Source: Bacillota bacterium (lineage in GTDB: Bacteria; Bacillota; JAAYKD01). From it: a stretch of 64,000 bases of DNA. Made by a program: the position numbers and the translations under genes. Within the stretch, counting starts at the first letter, position 1. Each line of letters begins with the position of its first letter. The stretch lies in NCBI GenBank assembly GCA_963666425.2, contig OY762825.2, forward strand, positions 736,001-800,000, given 5' to 3'. Below the pieces are notes generated by a model, which was not told the origin of the DNA, did not search any database, and was given only the letters and a program-made list of their open reading frames with translations. Positions 1-9,029 of this stretch are shown here, in pieces.

Positions 1-1
1 G

Positions 2-319
2 TATAAAAACAACTCCCATGTATTTCGATAGCAAGGCTAGATACCCAGAAATGGGACTTCTTACTTGTAAACGCGAATAAAACAATTCGTTTACAGCTAT
101 CACCTGATCTTTTTCGACCCATTCACCAATTTTAGGTAGAATGGCACTATCGATGTTTTGCCCATCAATACCAAGTGGTTCTGCAATAGGGATACGGTGC
201 ATTTGACCAGGAATATAATTCATTTTACCGATAACGGAATTATGCCTTACCTGATCTTCCAAACTCACTAATATCTTACCTGGAGCAACTAATTTTCTTA
301 TAACCGAAATTTTACGCAT
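2..319 (-). CDS. Partial hypothetical protein running off the window start (MRKISVIRKLVAPGKILVSLEDQV...); possible barrel-sandwich-hybrid/biotinyl-lipoyl-like repeats
   Basis: Read manually; not in ORF track. ATG at 319 with AGAAGGG upstream, 106 codons open to the window edge. Confidence 0.7.
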   Translation of the reverse strand, partial: MRKISVIRKLVAPGKILVSLEDQVRHNSVIGKMNYIPGQMHRIPIAEPLGIDGQNIDSAILPKIGEWVEKDQVIAVNELFYSRLQVRSPISGYLALLSKYMGVVFI

Positions 320-707
320 GCTATACCCTTCTTTCTATACAAGGGAAAAAAATATACTACTTATATCATATTCGATACAAGTAGTATTGTAAATTATAAA
401 CAGTTTAACCATAGCTTAAACTTTTTTATTGTTTATATTCTTTATTCAATAATTGTTATTTAATCTTACTACAATGAACAATATTATCCAATTTGTGGGG
501 AAGGATGTAATAACTGTCAACGCCGGAATAAATTTAACCTAAAACGCCGATCAAAACAGGCCGTGTATTGTCATGAAAAAATCCCGGGAATTATCACAGA
601 CAATCCCGGGAAAACTCATGAGGATTATGTTGCTGCCAAGTAGCTTTGGCCGCAAACTAACAGGAACATTTGACCGCACTTTGACAGCAATCGTGACCGC
701 TTGAGGG

Positions 708-736
708 TAAGCAGGTTGGCGGTGCCAACCTGCTTA
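708..736. terminator. Perfect 13-bp hairpin downstream of the ExeA-like gene
   Basis: TAAGCAGGTTGGC-ggt-GCCAACCTGCTTA. Confidence 0.6.
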
Positions 737-753
737 GGAAGAGCCAAAAGCTC

Positions 754-1506
754 TTAACTCATTTCACCTTCTATCACCAGACGAATCATATGGTCATCAA
801 TAATCCGGTGTTTACCAGTTGCACCATACAATAAGCAATTGGTGCAGAGCTTGTTAATCAGGCGCGGGATACCGGTAGAATAAAGATAGATCTCTTGGAC
901 CGCCGCATCGGTAAAGAGATCCCGCTCCACTCCGGCATAACGTAACTGGCTTTGGATATCAATGCGCTGCCGGATAGCCGCAAAGGCTTTCAGTTCCAAC
1001 CGGTCCCATAATTCACTTTGACCTACCAAAATCAGAGCAAGCGGCGAAATGGAATCCATCTTAAAGTTTAGCAGAAAGCGAACCTCCTCCAGCATCTCTT
1101 TGTCGAGAAGATGGGCTTCGTCTACTACTACCACCAGTTTGAGCTTTTGTAAGCCGCGAATCAGTTCAATTTCATGGTGCAGCTTTCTTCTGGCATCTCC
1201 ACGGTAAAAAGCACCGTTTTGTCCTAATTGGGATAAGAGGCCGTTGTAGAAATGGCGTGGAGTTAACTTGGAATCTGTCAAGTAAAGCAGGATAAAGCTG
1301 TTTTCATCCAAGCTTTCTTTGAGTTTGCGCACTAAGGTGGTTTTGCCGGTGCCGCATTCACCGGTTAAAACGGCGAACAGCTGGTGCTCCGCCGCATAAC
1401 GCAAGCGCCCCAGGGTTTCTTCCAGCATGCCGCTGGGGTAGAGTGACTGAGTCGTAATTTCTCGGGAAAACGGCGTTCTTTCGCATTGGTAGAAGCTTTC
1501 ATACAT
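754..1506 (-). CDS. ExeA-family AAA ATPase (transposition helper), apparently with an internal in-frame deletion
   Basis: Walker A GECGTGKT, Walker B VVVDEAH, LILVGQ, YSTGIPRLINKLC. Confidence 0.85.
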   Translation of the reverse strand: MYESFYQCERTPFSREITTQSLYPSGMLEETLGRLRYAAEHQLFAVLTGECGTGKTTLVRKLKESLDENSFILLYLTDSKLTPRHFYNGLLSQLGQNGAFYRGDARRKLHHEIELIRGLQKLKLVVVVDEAHLLDKEMLEEVRFLLNFKMDSISPLALILVGQSELWDRLELKAFAAIRQRIDIQSQLRYAGVERDLFTDAAVQEIYLYSTGIPRLINKLCTNCLLYGATGKHRIIDDHMIRLVIEGEMS

Positions 1507-1765
1507 GGCGGTCTTCTCCTAAATCACGAAAGGAAATGGCATTCTTTTGTTGCTTTTCCCGTATTTGGTTTTTCAGCTTCGCCGCTGTCAGATAGCGGGA
1601 TTGAGCGGGTTGCTCCACTTTACCCACAGGTAAGACAGGTCGGCTAGCGGATCTCGAACCTATTTGTAATGGTTTGGCGGTTAAACGCGGCAAGTCATCC
1701 GCTTCCACCCAGAACAGATCCGGGGCTTGGCTGTCATAAAGCAACGTGACTTTACGGCCTACCAA
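1499..1765 (-). pseudogene. C-terminal fragment of a DDE integrase/Mu-transposase-like protein
   Basis: VGRKVTLLYD...A.PL.IG...AISF pattern typical of integrases upstream of ExeA genes; no catalytic core present. Confidence 0.65.
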
Positions 1766-1839
1766 GAGTAAGCCAAAGCAATCGTAGCATTGTTAAAAAA
1801 TCAATGCAAATATAACTATTTAAAAAAACATAAAAATGT

Positions 1840-2775
1840 TTAATCTTGTTTCCTCAAAAACCTATTCATTCTTTCCTGCATTTTATGTCTCGCTTGTATA
1901 GCATCATAACCGTCTTTGGCATATTCCTCCGGTAACCAATTAATTGAGTCCTTTAATATTTCAGTAATTTCCTTGTGATCGTGTTTTAGTAATAAAATAC
2001 GATATAATACTTCATGTGCTCTAATAATAATCGATGCATTATAGTTTAAGCGTTTTTTTAAAATCAACAGCAAATCACTTATTGCCTCATCCAACTGACC
2101 AGCATTCCGTTTGCATTCAGCAAGAAGAATATCAAACTCCGGTGATAACCATTCTTCTTGCGATTTTTTGCATAATTGCAGTGCATCTAGACTGTGCCCT
2201 GTTATTAAGAAACCTTGAATTAGCTTAAATCGATTCATTAAAGAAGGAGCAATTTCATTTTCCTTTTTTAGTAGTTCTAAAACAAATGCTCCACCTTCAT
2301 ATAGAACCTGCAACTGTAATTTTTGACGGATGATACGAAATGTCATAGATTGATGATTATCTCCATAATTGCTTTCAAATGAATCGAAGCGACGTATCAG
2401 TTGATGGGACTGATGGGTAATGTGTGTCATCTCCATAGATAATAGTCTAAACTCCATTTCAGCATCTGATGATATCTTATCGTTAAGTTTAACTAAGTCT
2501 AGTGCCTTTGCATATTCATCTAAATCTAAATCGAAAAAGTATTTTGTAATAGACTGTTTGATTCTATCTTTGCTACTGTACAGCATAATACTATCAATAG
2601 TGGTATTTAGAACTGTTGCCAATGACGGCAACAGCTCACTTGCAGGCAGATTTCTTCCCTGTTCCCAATTGTATATGGTAGTGCTGGTCACACCCAATTG
2701 AGATGCCAACTCGCTTGAAGTCATATTTTTACTCTCCCTCAATTCACGAATTCGATCTCCAATGAATTGCTTCAC
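1840..2775 (-). CDS. XRE-family HTH transcriptional regulator with helical/TPR-like C-terminal region
   Basis: IGDRIRELRESKNMT..ELA..LGVT..TIYNWEQG...P motif; AT-rich coding sequence. Confidence 0.8.
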   Translation of the reverse strand: MKQFIGDRIRELRESKNMTSSELASQLGVTSTTIYNWEQGRNLPASELLPSLATVLNTTIDSIMLYSSKDRIKQSITKYFFDLDLDEYAKALDLVKLNDKISSDAEMEFRLLSMEMTHITHQSHQLIRRFDSFESNYGDNHQSMTFRIIRQKLQLQVLYEGGAFVLELLKKENEIAPSLMNRFKLIQGFLITGHSLDALQLCKKSQEEWLSPEFDILLAECKRNAGQLDEAISDLLLILKKRLNYNASIIIRAHEVLYRILLLKHDHKEITEILKDSINWLPEEYAKDGYDAIQARHKMQERMNRFLRKQD

Positions 2776-2853
2776 AAAGAAACCCCCTTTATTATATTAC
2801 TTTTGCTTAAATTTCTCCATTATTTGTGTAAAATCCTTTTGATAGAAAAATAA

Positions 2854-3520
2854 AGACTAACTATTAAAAGTCAATCCCCAAAATGAAAAAACCTGTGGAT
2901 AGGCCGCCGCTCTATGACAAGCAGCAGCCAAATGCTGCGGAAAGATCAGCGAGGGCGACGGAGGCAATAAATTACCAGACCCAGCCACCCTTGAGCTTTC
3001 CAGCCTAGCATTTGGCTGCTTCTGCTTGTCAAGGGTTCGCTGCGCCGGCTGAGGTGTACAAGTTGTCGGCGAAGGTTCAAAAGGCAATTATGCTGCTCTT
3101 CGGTAACCTTCACCGGATTTCTGCATTGCGTAGATTAAGCGTATCAACTTCTTGACTGCATGAGAAATAGCGACATTGTAGTGCTTCCCTTCGGCTCGTT
3201 TCTTTGCCAGATATGCGGCGAAGATTGGATCCCAGATACAGACAAACTTTGCGGCATTAAACAGAGCGAAACAGAGATATCGGGAACCGCGTTTCTCCAT
3301 ATGCGAATGGCTGTTATCCATCTTGCTGGATTGGTATGTGGATGGAGACAGGCCTGCAAATGCAAGAATCTTGTCCGGAGAATCGAACTTGGCAAAGTCT
3401 CCAATCTCGGCAAGAATCATTGCTCCCATACGAGTACCCATGCCTGGAATGGTAGTAATTGGAGAATGGAATGCCTGCATAAGCTCGTCAATCTGAGCTT
3501 CAATCTCGTCAATTTTCAGT
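2854..3520 (-). mobile_element. Truncated IS110-family element (right end plus C-terminal transposase part)
   Basis: Transposase motifs present; minus-strand end reads TTGACTTTTAATAGTTAGTCT (2874-2854), resembling clostridial IS110 right ends. Confidence 0.7.
3088..3520 (-). pseudogene. IS110-family transposase, C-terminal (Transposase_20) fragment
   Basis: TTIPGMG..GAMILAEIGD...F.SPDK.LAFAGL.P...QS, KRGS.YL, KKRAEGKHY.VA; N-terminal DEDD domain absent. Confidence 0.85.
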
Positions 3521-3715
3521 CGCACATATTGCGTTTCTGTGTCATAATTGACATGGTATTTATTTTTGTTCACAACTGAATTGTACCAAAAACAGAGCCG
3601 TTTGTCTGCTTTTGCAGTCATTTCGGCTCTGCTTTTTTGGGATGTTTTTACTACAGCCCCTTAGTGTTGTATAGCAAATAAAAAATTGCTTCTGCATATC
3701 AAACTGATCACGGTT

Positions 3716-4975
3716 TTAAAAGAAAGAAGTGACCGCCAAAACCACGGAAAGACTGACCAAAACGAAAATGGCTGACCAACCGATGATATTCTCGAATCGC
3801 TTATTAACGAATTTCCCCATTACCTCTTTTTTATTGATGATCAGCATCATACAGATGAGAACGACCGGCAGCAAGATTCCATTGATCTCTTGCGATAGTA
3901 AAGAGATTTTAATCAGCGGTGCGTTGGGAATCAGGATAATTCCGGCACCTAAGGCAATAATCACCGTGTATAACCAATAGAATTGCGGAGCATCCTGCCA
4001 TTTTTTATCAATACCAGCCTCAAATCCGAACGCCTCACAGACATAAAATGCGGTTGCCACGGGCAAAATAACCGAAGCAAAAATGGAAGCCACAAATAAA
4101 CCAAAAGCAAAAACCTGTGATGCCAATTCTCCCGCAAAAGGTTTCAGCGCCATGGCAGCATCGCTTGCATCGTTTATTTTAATCCCATTCAGATGCAGAG
4201 TGGATGCACAAGCTATCATAATGAAAAATGCTACCACCACAGTGGCCACACAACCCACCAGGACATCCAGACGCACAAATTTATAATCTTCAATTTTTAA
4301 ACCTTTTTCAATCACAGAAGACTGCATATAAAACTGCATCCAGGGAGCAATTGTTGTTCCGATTAGGGTGATAATCATGGTAATATAAGCAAAATCATAC
4401 TGCATATGCGGTTTGATGAGGGCGGTTCCCACTTCTCCCCAATTTGGGTGTCCCATGATGGCCGCCGCGATGTAGATCAGCAAAGCAAAACTAAAGATTA
4501 AAAATACTTTTTCCGCCGTGCGGTAGGTCCCTTTCACGACCAGCGCCCAAACGGCTATGGCAACGAGTGGGACAGAAATATATTTACTGATGCCAAAAAT
4601 CTGCATACTGCCGGCAACACCGGCAAATTCTGTTGTTGTATTCATAATATCGGCAATCAAAAGACCAACAAAGATAAAAAAGGTAATTTTAACCCCTGCG
4701 TTCTCCCGAATCAAGTCCGCCAATCCTTTGCCCGTTACGATACCCATTCTGGCATTCATTTCCTGAACGATGAACAACACAACAAAAGCCGGAATCAACA
4801 CCCATAATAGTTTATAGCCATAAACAGCGCCAGCCACGGAATAGGTCGTAATTCCGCCCACATCATTATCCACACTGCCGGTAATGATTCCGGGACCAAG
4901 AATGGTCAGAAAGATCATGATATTTCTGATCAGACTGGATTTTTTCTCTTTTGCTATTTTCATATCGGCATTCAT
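3716..4975 (-). CDS. Nramp-family divalent metal transporter (Mg2+-associated subtype)
   Basis: LGPGIITGSVDNDVGGITTYS, QEMNARMG.VTGKGL, GTTIAPWMQFY; multiple TM helices. Confidence 0.9.
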   Translation of the reverse strand: MNADMKIAKEKKSSLIRNIMIFLTILGPGIITGSVDNDVGGITTYSVAGAVYGYKLLWVLIPAFVVLFIVQEMNARMGIVTGKGLADLIRENAGVKITFFIFVGLLIADIMNTTTEFAGVAGSMQIFGISKYISVPLVAIAVWALVVKGTYRTAEKVFLIFSFALLIYIAAAIMGHPNWGEVGTALIKPHMQYDFAYITMIITLIGTTIAPWMQFYMQSSVIEKGLKIEDYKFVRLDVLVGCVATVVVAFFIMIACASTLHLNGIKINDASDAAMALKPFAGELASQVFAFGLFVASIFASVILPVATAFYVCEAFGFEAGIDKKWQDAPQFYWLYTVIIALGAGIILIPNAPLIKISLLSQEINGILLPVVLICMMLIINKKEVMGKFVNKRFENIIGWSAIFVLVSLSVVLAVTSFF

Positions 4976-6225
4976 TATATCTTCTTCCTTCTGTTTTTCA
5001 GTAGATTATGCAGCATGTCATTGATGATCACCACGCCCAAAATCTGTTTATCCGAATTCACCACCGGAATGGCCAGAAGATTATACTTGGTAATAATCTC
5101 ATGCAGTGAAGCAATTTTATCATCATCAAATACATAAATGAGATTTGGATTCATAATCTGTTTCAATTCAAGCTCCGGCTCCGCCACGATCAGATCTCGA
5201 AGGGTCACAGTGGCAACCAGCTGATTGAAATCGTTCACGATATACAGATAATAGATCGTATCCGGTTCCGGTTTTAACCTTCTCAATTCTTTGATGGTTG
5301 TTTCCACTGACTGATTTTCGTTGAACAAAACAAACTCGGTAATCATGATGCTGCCAACAGAATTTTCCGGATAGACCAGCAATTCCCGGATATCTTCGGA
5401 AGCTTCTTCTTCCATTTCCATTAACAATTCTTCTACTTTATCATCCCGAAGTTCATCCAGAATGTCAGCGGCTTCGTCAGCGGGCATCTTTTCCAGTAAA
5501 TCTGCTGCTTTATCCACCGGCAGGTTTTCTAAAACACTTCTTTGGATTTGTGGTTCCAATTCTTCGAGAACATCGGCCGCTCTCTCCTCGTCCATCGAGG
5601 AGATCAAAGCAATTTGGGCATATCGATTCATATCCTCGATGATGTCGGCCAGGTCGGATGGATGCAATTTCTCGAGATTTGAATAATCCTTTGACAGTTT
5701 AATCTCTGAATGACCGTCGTCAACCGTTTCCACATCATCCCAGAGAATCAGATGACTCGGCAATTTGATTCCCATTGGCCGTAATAATTTACTGCAGAGC
5801 AGAGCAACCCCAAGCCTTCTCAGAAGTCCTTCGACCCCCACATCAGCCGCAAGCAGAAAGGTTCCATTGGCAATGATCGCAAGTTCGAGATCATTGACTC
5901 TGACCAACTTTCTGCCATCCATGTCAATGATCTGCCTGTCCAGCACATTTTTAGCCAAGAAGAAGACATTTTTGCCCTCGGGTGAATATTCTTTGAGCTC
6001 GGAAGTTTTGATCTGATATTGGTTATTTTGCTTTTCTATTGTAAAACCGGCAAAATCGATAATGATGACTCCTTCTCTGGTGCTCAGCCTGGCAGCGACC
6101 ACCTTGGGTTTGGGAAAATCAATATCGACTACTAAATCTATTAATTTCCCAAGCAGAGTACCTGCTTCGGAGTATACTTTTTCCCCAGCAATGCGGCTGA
6201 AATAAAAAGTTGATGCGATAGGCAT
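4975..6225 (-). CDS. MgtE-like soluble protein (PRC barrel + MgtE N-terminal + CBS pair)
   Basis: LDRQIID.DGRKLVRVND, LHPSDLADIIE, DEAADIL, C-terminal CBS pair; start at ATG 6225 after GGAGGG (6231 possible). Confidence 0.85.
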   Translation of the reverse strand: MPIASTFYFSRIAGEKVYSEAGTLLGKLIDLVVDIDFPKPKVVAARLSTREGVIIIDFAGFTIEKQNNQYQIKTSELKEYSPEGKNVFFLAKNVLDRQIIDMDGRKLVRVNDLELAIIANGTFLLAADVGVEGLLRRLGVALLCSKLLRPMGIKLPSHLILWDDVETVDDGHSEIKLSKDYSNLEKLHPSDLADIIEDMNRYAQIALISSMDEERAADVLEELEPQIQRSVLENLPVDKAADLLEKMPADEAADILDELRDDKVEELLMEMEEEASEDIRELLVYPENSVGSIMITEFVLFNENQSVETTIKELRRLKPEPDTIYYLYIVNDFNQLVATVTLRDLIVAEPELELKQIMNPNLIYVFDDDKIASLHEIITKYNLLAIPVVNSDKQILGVVIINDMLHNLLKNRRKKI

Positions 6226-6386
6226 AGTCATCCCTCCCTCTTCGTTTTCTCTCGGGAGCATGCAAAGGCAAGCGAAACGCTGCTGACTCCACTAGCATCC
6301 TCCCGACCCAGGAGCTGATTTACTTATTCGACTTTCAGGATCGCTGTCCATAAAACCAACTCCTTTCTTTGAGAAAACCTGGAGAT

Positions 6387-6427
6387 AAAAAAAGTCTCCA
6401 CCCATGCTTGAATCTGGGTGAAGGCTT
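6387..6427 (-). terminator. Intrinsic terminator of the M-box leader
   Basis: Minus strand AAGCCTTCACCCA...TGGGTGGAGACTTTTTTT. Confidence 0.7.
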
Positions 6428-6434
6428 GACATCC

Positions 6435-6590
6435 CTTACACATCGTTCAAGCTTTAGCACTGTAAGGCGTGAAATTGCATTAGGTAATACCTTGTTTTTC
6501 GGTAAAACCTGCTGACCAGTTCAAAGTGTCTCCACTCTTTCACGGCAGCAATCCATATCCCTAGAGTAACCTCACCTACCGAGCGAAACC
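6435..6590 (-). ncRNA. M-box (ykoK) Mg2+ riboswitch
   Basis: Minus strand CTCGGTAGGTGAGG...TGCTGCC...AAGGT...CTAATGCA...ACAGTGCTAAAGCT..ACGAT matches the ykoK consensus; lies upstream of Mg-transport genes. Confidence 0.9.
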
Positions 6591-6937
6591 GAGTCAATCA
6601 AAAAACCACTGCTAACCTGGCAGAATATCAGTCAATTGAGAAAACCTGTGGGACTAAAAAATTTCGTTTCTAGTCACACAGGTTGTTTCCCTGCTGTCGG
6701 CAAACCGGCTTCAGCACACTAATTATTAGAAAAGCATCACCGATTTTCAATTCAATTGAACCTGAACTTTGTTTTATTATATTCTCTTCTGCAGCCGATT
6801 GTCAAGATAAAAACAATCAGGGAAGGCAGAGAGCTTGGTCTAAAAAAAGTCAATCGTGCTGCGGATTATCTAAGAATTACGCATTGCTGAAGGCATTTTC
6901 GCTCTGCCGAAATAATGCCAAACTTAAAAAGCAATAA

Positions 6938-6983
6938 TAAACTGCCCCAGCATGATTGCTTTTTAATCATGCTGGGGCAGTTT
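6938..6983. terminator. Terminator hairpin after the rubrerythrin gene
   Basis: AAACTGCCCCAGCATGATT...AATCATGCTGGGGCAGTTT. Confidence 0.8.
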
Positions 6984-7002
6984 CTTTTTTAGCGATCTCT
7001 AT

Positions 7003-7545
7003 TTACTTGAAATAACGATGCAGTAAGCCTTGAAATGCTTTTCCGTGTCTGGCTTCATCTCTGGCCATTTCGTGCACCGTATCGTGAATGGCATCGAGAT
7101 TGGCGGCTTTGGCCCGGTGGGCTAAATCCGTTTTACCGGCGGTCGCGCCATTTTCGGCTTCCACTCTCATCTGAAGGTTCTTTTTGGTGGAATCTGTGAT
7201 CACTTCACCCAATAATTCGGCGAATTTTGCGGCGTGTTCCGCTTCTTCGTAGGCTGCTTTTTCATAATAGAGGCCGACTTCCGGATAACCTTCTCGGAAG
7301 GCAACCCGTGCCATCGCCAGATACATGCCCACTTCTTTGCATTCACCGGCAAAATTCGCTCTCAAATCGGCCATAATATCTTCGCTGGCTCCTTGGGCGA
7401 TCCCGACCACATGTTCGGCTGCCCAAGTCATTTCACCGACTTGTTCCGTAAATTTCGAAGCCGGAGCACCGCATTGAGGACAGTTTGTCGGAGGATTTTC
7501 TCCTTCATGAACATAACCGCAAACACCGCATACCCATTTTTTCAT
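7003..7545 (-). CDS. rbr: Reverse rubrerythrin (NADH peroxidase)
   Basis: N-terminal CxxCGY...CPxCG rubredoxin domain then diiron motifs EEAEHA and DEARHG; start taken at MKKWVC. Confidence 0.9.
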   Translation of the reverse strand: MKKWVCGVCGYVHEGENPPTNCPQCGAPASKFTEQVGEMTWAAEHVVGIAQGASEDIMADLRANFAGECKEVGMYLAMARVAFREGYPEVGLYYEKAAYEEAEHAAKFAELLGEVITDSTKKNLQMRVEAENGATAGKTDLAHRAKAANLDAIHDTVHEMARDEARHGKAFQGLLHRYFK

Positions 7546-7644
7546 TTTCAATTTCCTCACTTTCATTTTATATTGATTTCATACTATCGTAAGATCAAAG
7601 CAAGTTTGAGAGAGGGTCAAACCTTAATTTTCGTTCTGTAAAGA

Positions 7645-7803
7645 CTATTCTGCTTCAAACATTTCTTTGGCTGCACCGCAGACCGGACAAACCCAATCAC
7701 TGGGAAGATTTTCCCATTTGGTACCGGGAGCCACACCGCTGTCGGGGTCTCCTGCTGCTTCATCGTAAACATAACCGCAAACTGAACAGGTGTACTTTTT
7801 CAT
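7645..7803 (-). CDS. rub: Rubredoxin, 52 aa (below the ORF-track cutoff)
   Basis: Manual translation [52 protein letters not shown]; GGAAGG RBS. Confidence 0.95.
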   Translation of the reverse strand: MKKYTCSVCGYVYDEAAGDPDSGVAPGTKWENLPSDWVCPVCGAAKEMFEAE

Positions 7804-7921
7804 GATCATACCTTCCTTTTCTATTCCTATTTATATTAAGAAAGCAGTCTTGCTTTCCAATATACACCGAGCGATACCTTGGTGTTTTCCAGCGACAGTG
7901 CCGGCTGAATGAAACGAGCGA

Positions 7922-8368
7922 CTAGTTAGACTGTTTTGTTTTTGGTAAGGCGGCGAAGCAAGCCTTACAGATCCCCTGAAAATAAACATTTCGATTCATG
8001 ATTTGAAAACCGTTAAGATAATCGGAGGTAAAGCCCTGCAGATCGATCGCGAAATCATAGATCTCACCGCATTGCCGGCACTTAAAATGGCCATGATCCT
8101 GCAGATTGAATTCATATCTGATTTCATTCTCTTCGATGGTGATCTCCCGCAGCAAATCGGCTTGGACAAAAGCTTTTAAGGTGCTGTAAACGGTTGATCT
8201 CGATAATGTTGGCATTTCCTTTTTTAGTGAATCATAGACCTGATCGGCATTGGGATGGACAAAATGCAAGGCCAGATATTCGTAGATTTTTACCCTCTGA
8301 TGAGACGGCTTTAAGCTGTGCTTAAGTAGCTCAGCGGCAATTTGTTCGTATGGCAGATTCATGCTCAA
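7922..8368 (-). CDS. perR: Fur-family regulator, likely PerR
   Basis: HPNADQVY, TLSRSTVY.TL, HGHFKCRQC, CKAC; upstream of rubredoxin/rubrerythrin. Confidence 0.75.
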   Translation of the reverse strand: MSMNLPYEQIAAELLKHSLKPSHQRVKIYEYLALHFVHPNADQVYDSLKKEMPTLSRSTVYSTLKAFVQADLLREITIEENEIRYEFNLQDHGHFKCRQCGEIYDFAIDLQGFTSDYLNGFQIMNRNVYFQGICKACFAALPKTKQSN

Positions 8369-8533
8369 GCTTCCCTTCAGAGGATTTCTTTATTTCGGAA
8401 TTATTACAATATCATAATCATTCCTGATTGACTTTAATATAGCACAAGCTTCTCTGCCTGTCAATAGTCCGCCTCTATTAATTTTGAAGGAATTCGCTCT
8501 GAAAAGTGATCGCTCTGCCTTTGATTCATCTGC

Positions 8534-8578
8534 TTGACAAGCCAAAGCAGGGGCTGTATAATAGTTGAAGTTTCAACT
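8534..8578 (+). promoter_or_regulatory. Consensus SigA promoter with adjacent palindromic operator (probably MarR)
   Basis: TTGACA(8534)-17bp-TATAAT(8557-8562) followed by AGTTGAA-GT-TTCAACT (8563-8578). Confidence 0.8.
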
Positions 8579-8605
8579 GTTGAATTTTCTACAAAGGAGA
8601 AAAGA

Positions 8606-9028
8606 ATGAATTATCAAACCATCAATCGGATTGCCAAATACGCGAAGGAATATGGCCACAACAAAATCCGTGATGCAGGGTTCAGCGATACCGAACACAA
8701 AATTTGCACTTTCCTTTATTTTCACAGCGATGTTTCACAGGATATGGCAGTCAAGGCGCTGATGCTCGACAAAACCACCCTTGCAAAAGCACTGGTTGCA
8801 CTGGAGGAGCGCGGCTTGATTCTTCGCATCCAGAACCCCAGCAACAGGCGTAAGAATATTCTCAACATCACCGAAACAGGCAAAGCAACCATCGCCGACA
8901 TCGTCAATATTTACGATGAGTGGTTTTTGTCGGTGGCTGCCTGTTTATCTGCAGACGAACAGGTCCAGTTTGACGACTACAGCACAAGACTGCTGCAAAA
9001 AGCACAAGAAATCAGCGAGGAGAAATAA
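8606..9028 (+). CDS. MarR-family transcriptional regulator
   Basis: LDKTTLAKAL..LEERGLI.R......RR...L.ITETG; AAGGAG RBS before ATG 8606. Confidence 0.9.
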   Translation: MNYQTINRIAKYAKEYGHNKIRDAGFSDTEHKICTFLYFHSDVSQDMAVKALMLDKTTLAKALVALEERGLILRIQNPSNRRKNILNITETGKATIADIVNIYDEWFLSVAACLSADEQVQFDDYSTRLLQKAQEISEEK

Positions 9029-9029
9029 A

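Larger units (their letters stand above)
515..1765 (-). mobile_element. Remnant right end of a DDE-integrase + ExeA-ATPase transposable element (IS21/Tn552-like organisation)
   Basis: TG-initiated end TGTCAACGCCGG at 515 with a repeated AACGCCG motif, followed by an ExeA-like ATPase and an integrase C-terminal fragment with overlapping stop/start. Confidence 0.6.

Noticed and set aside
2857-3087. 76-aa ORF downstream of the IS110 transposase
   Set aside because: No RBS, low-complexity translation, and it coincides with the structured IS end.
6225-6351. Amber (pyrrolysine) read-through joining the uORF to the mgtE-like gene
   Set aside because: The frames coincide, but the main gene has its own GGAGGG RBS, the extension resembles no domain, and there is no pyl evidence in the window.
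8390-8430. Per/Fur box upstream of perR
   Set aside because: AT-rich, but no convincing palindrome could be defined.
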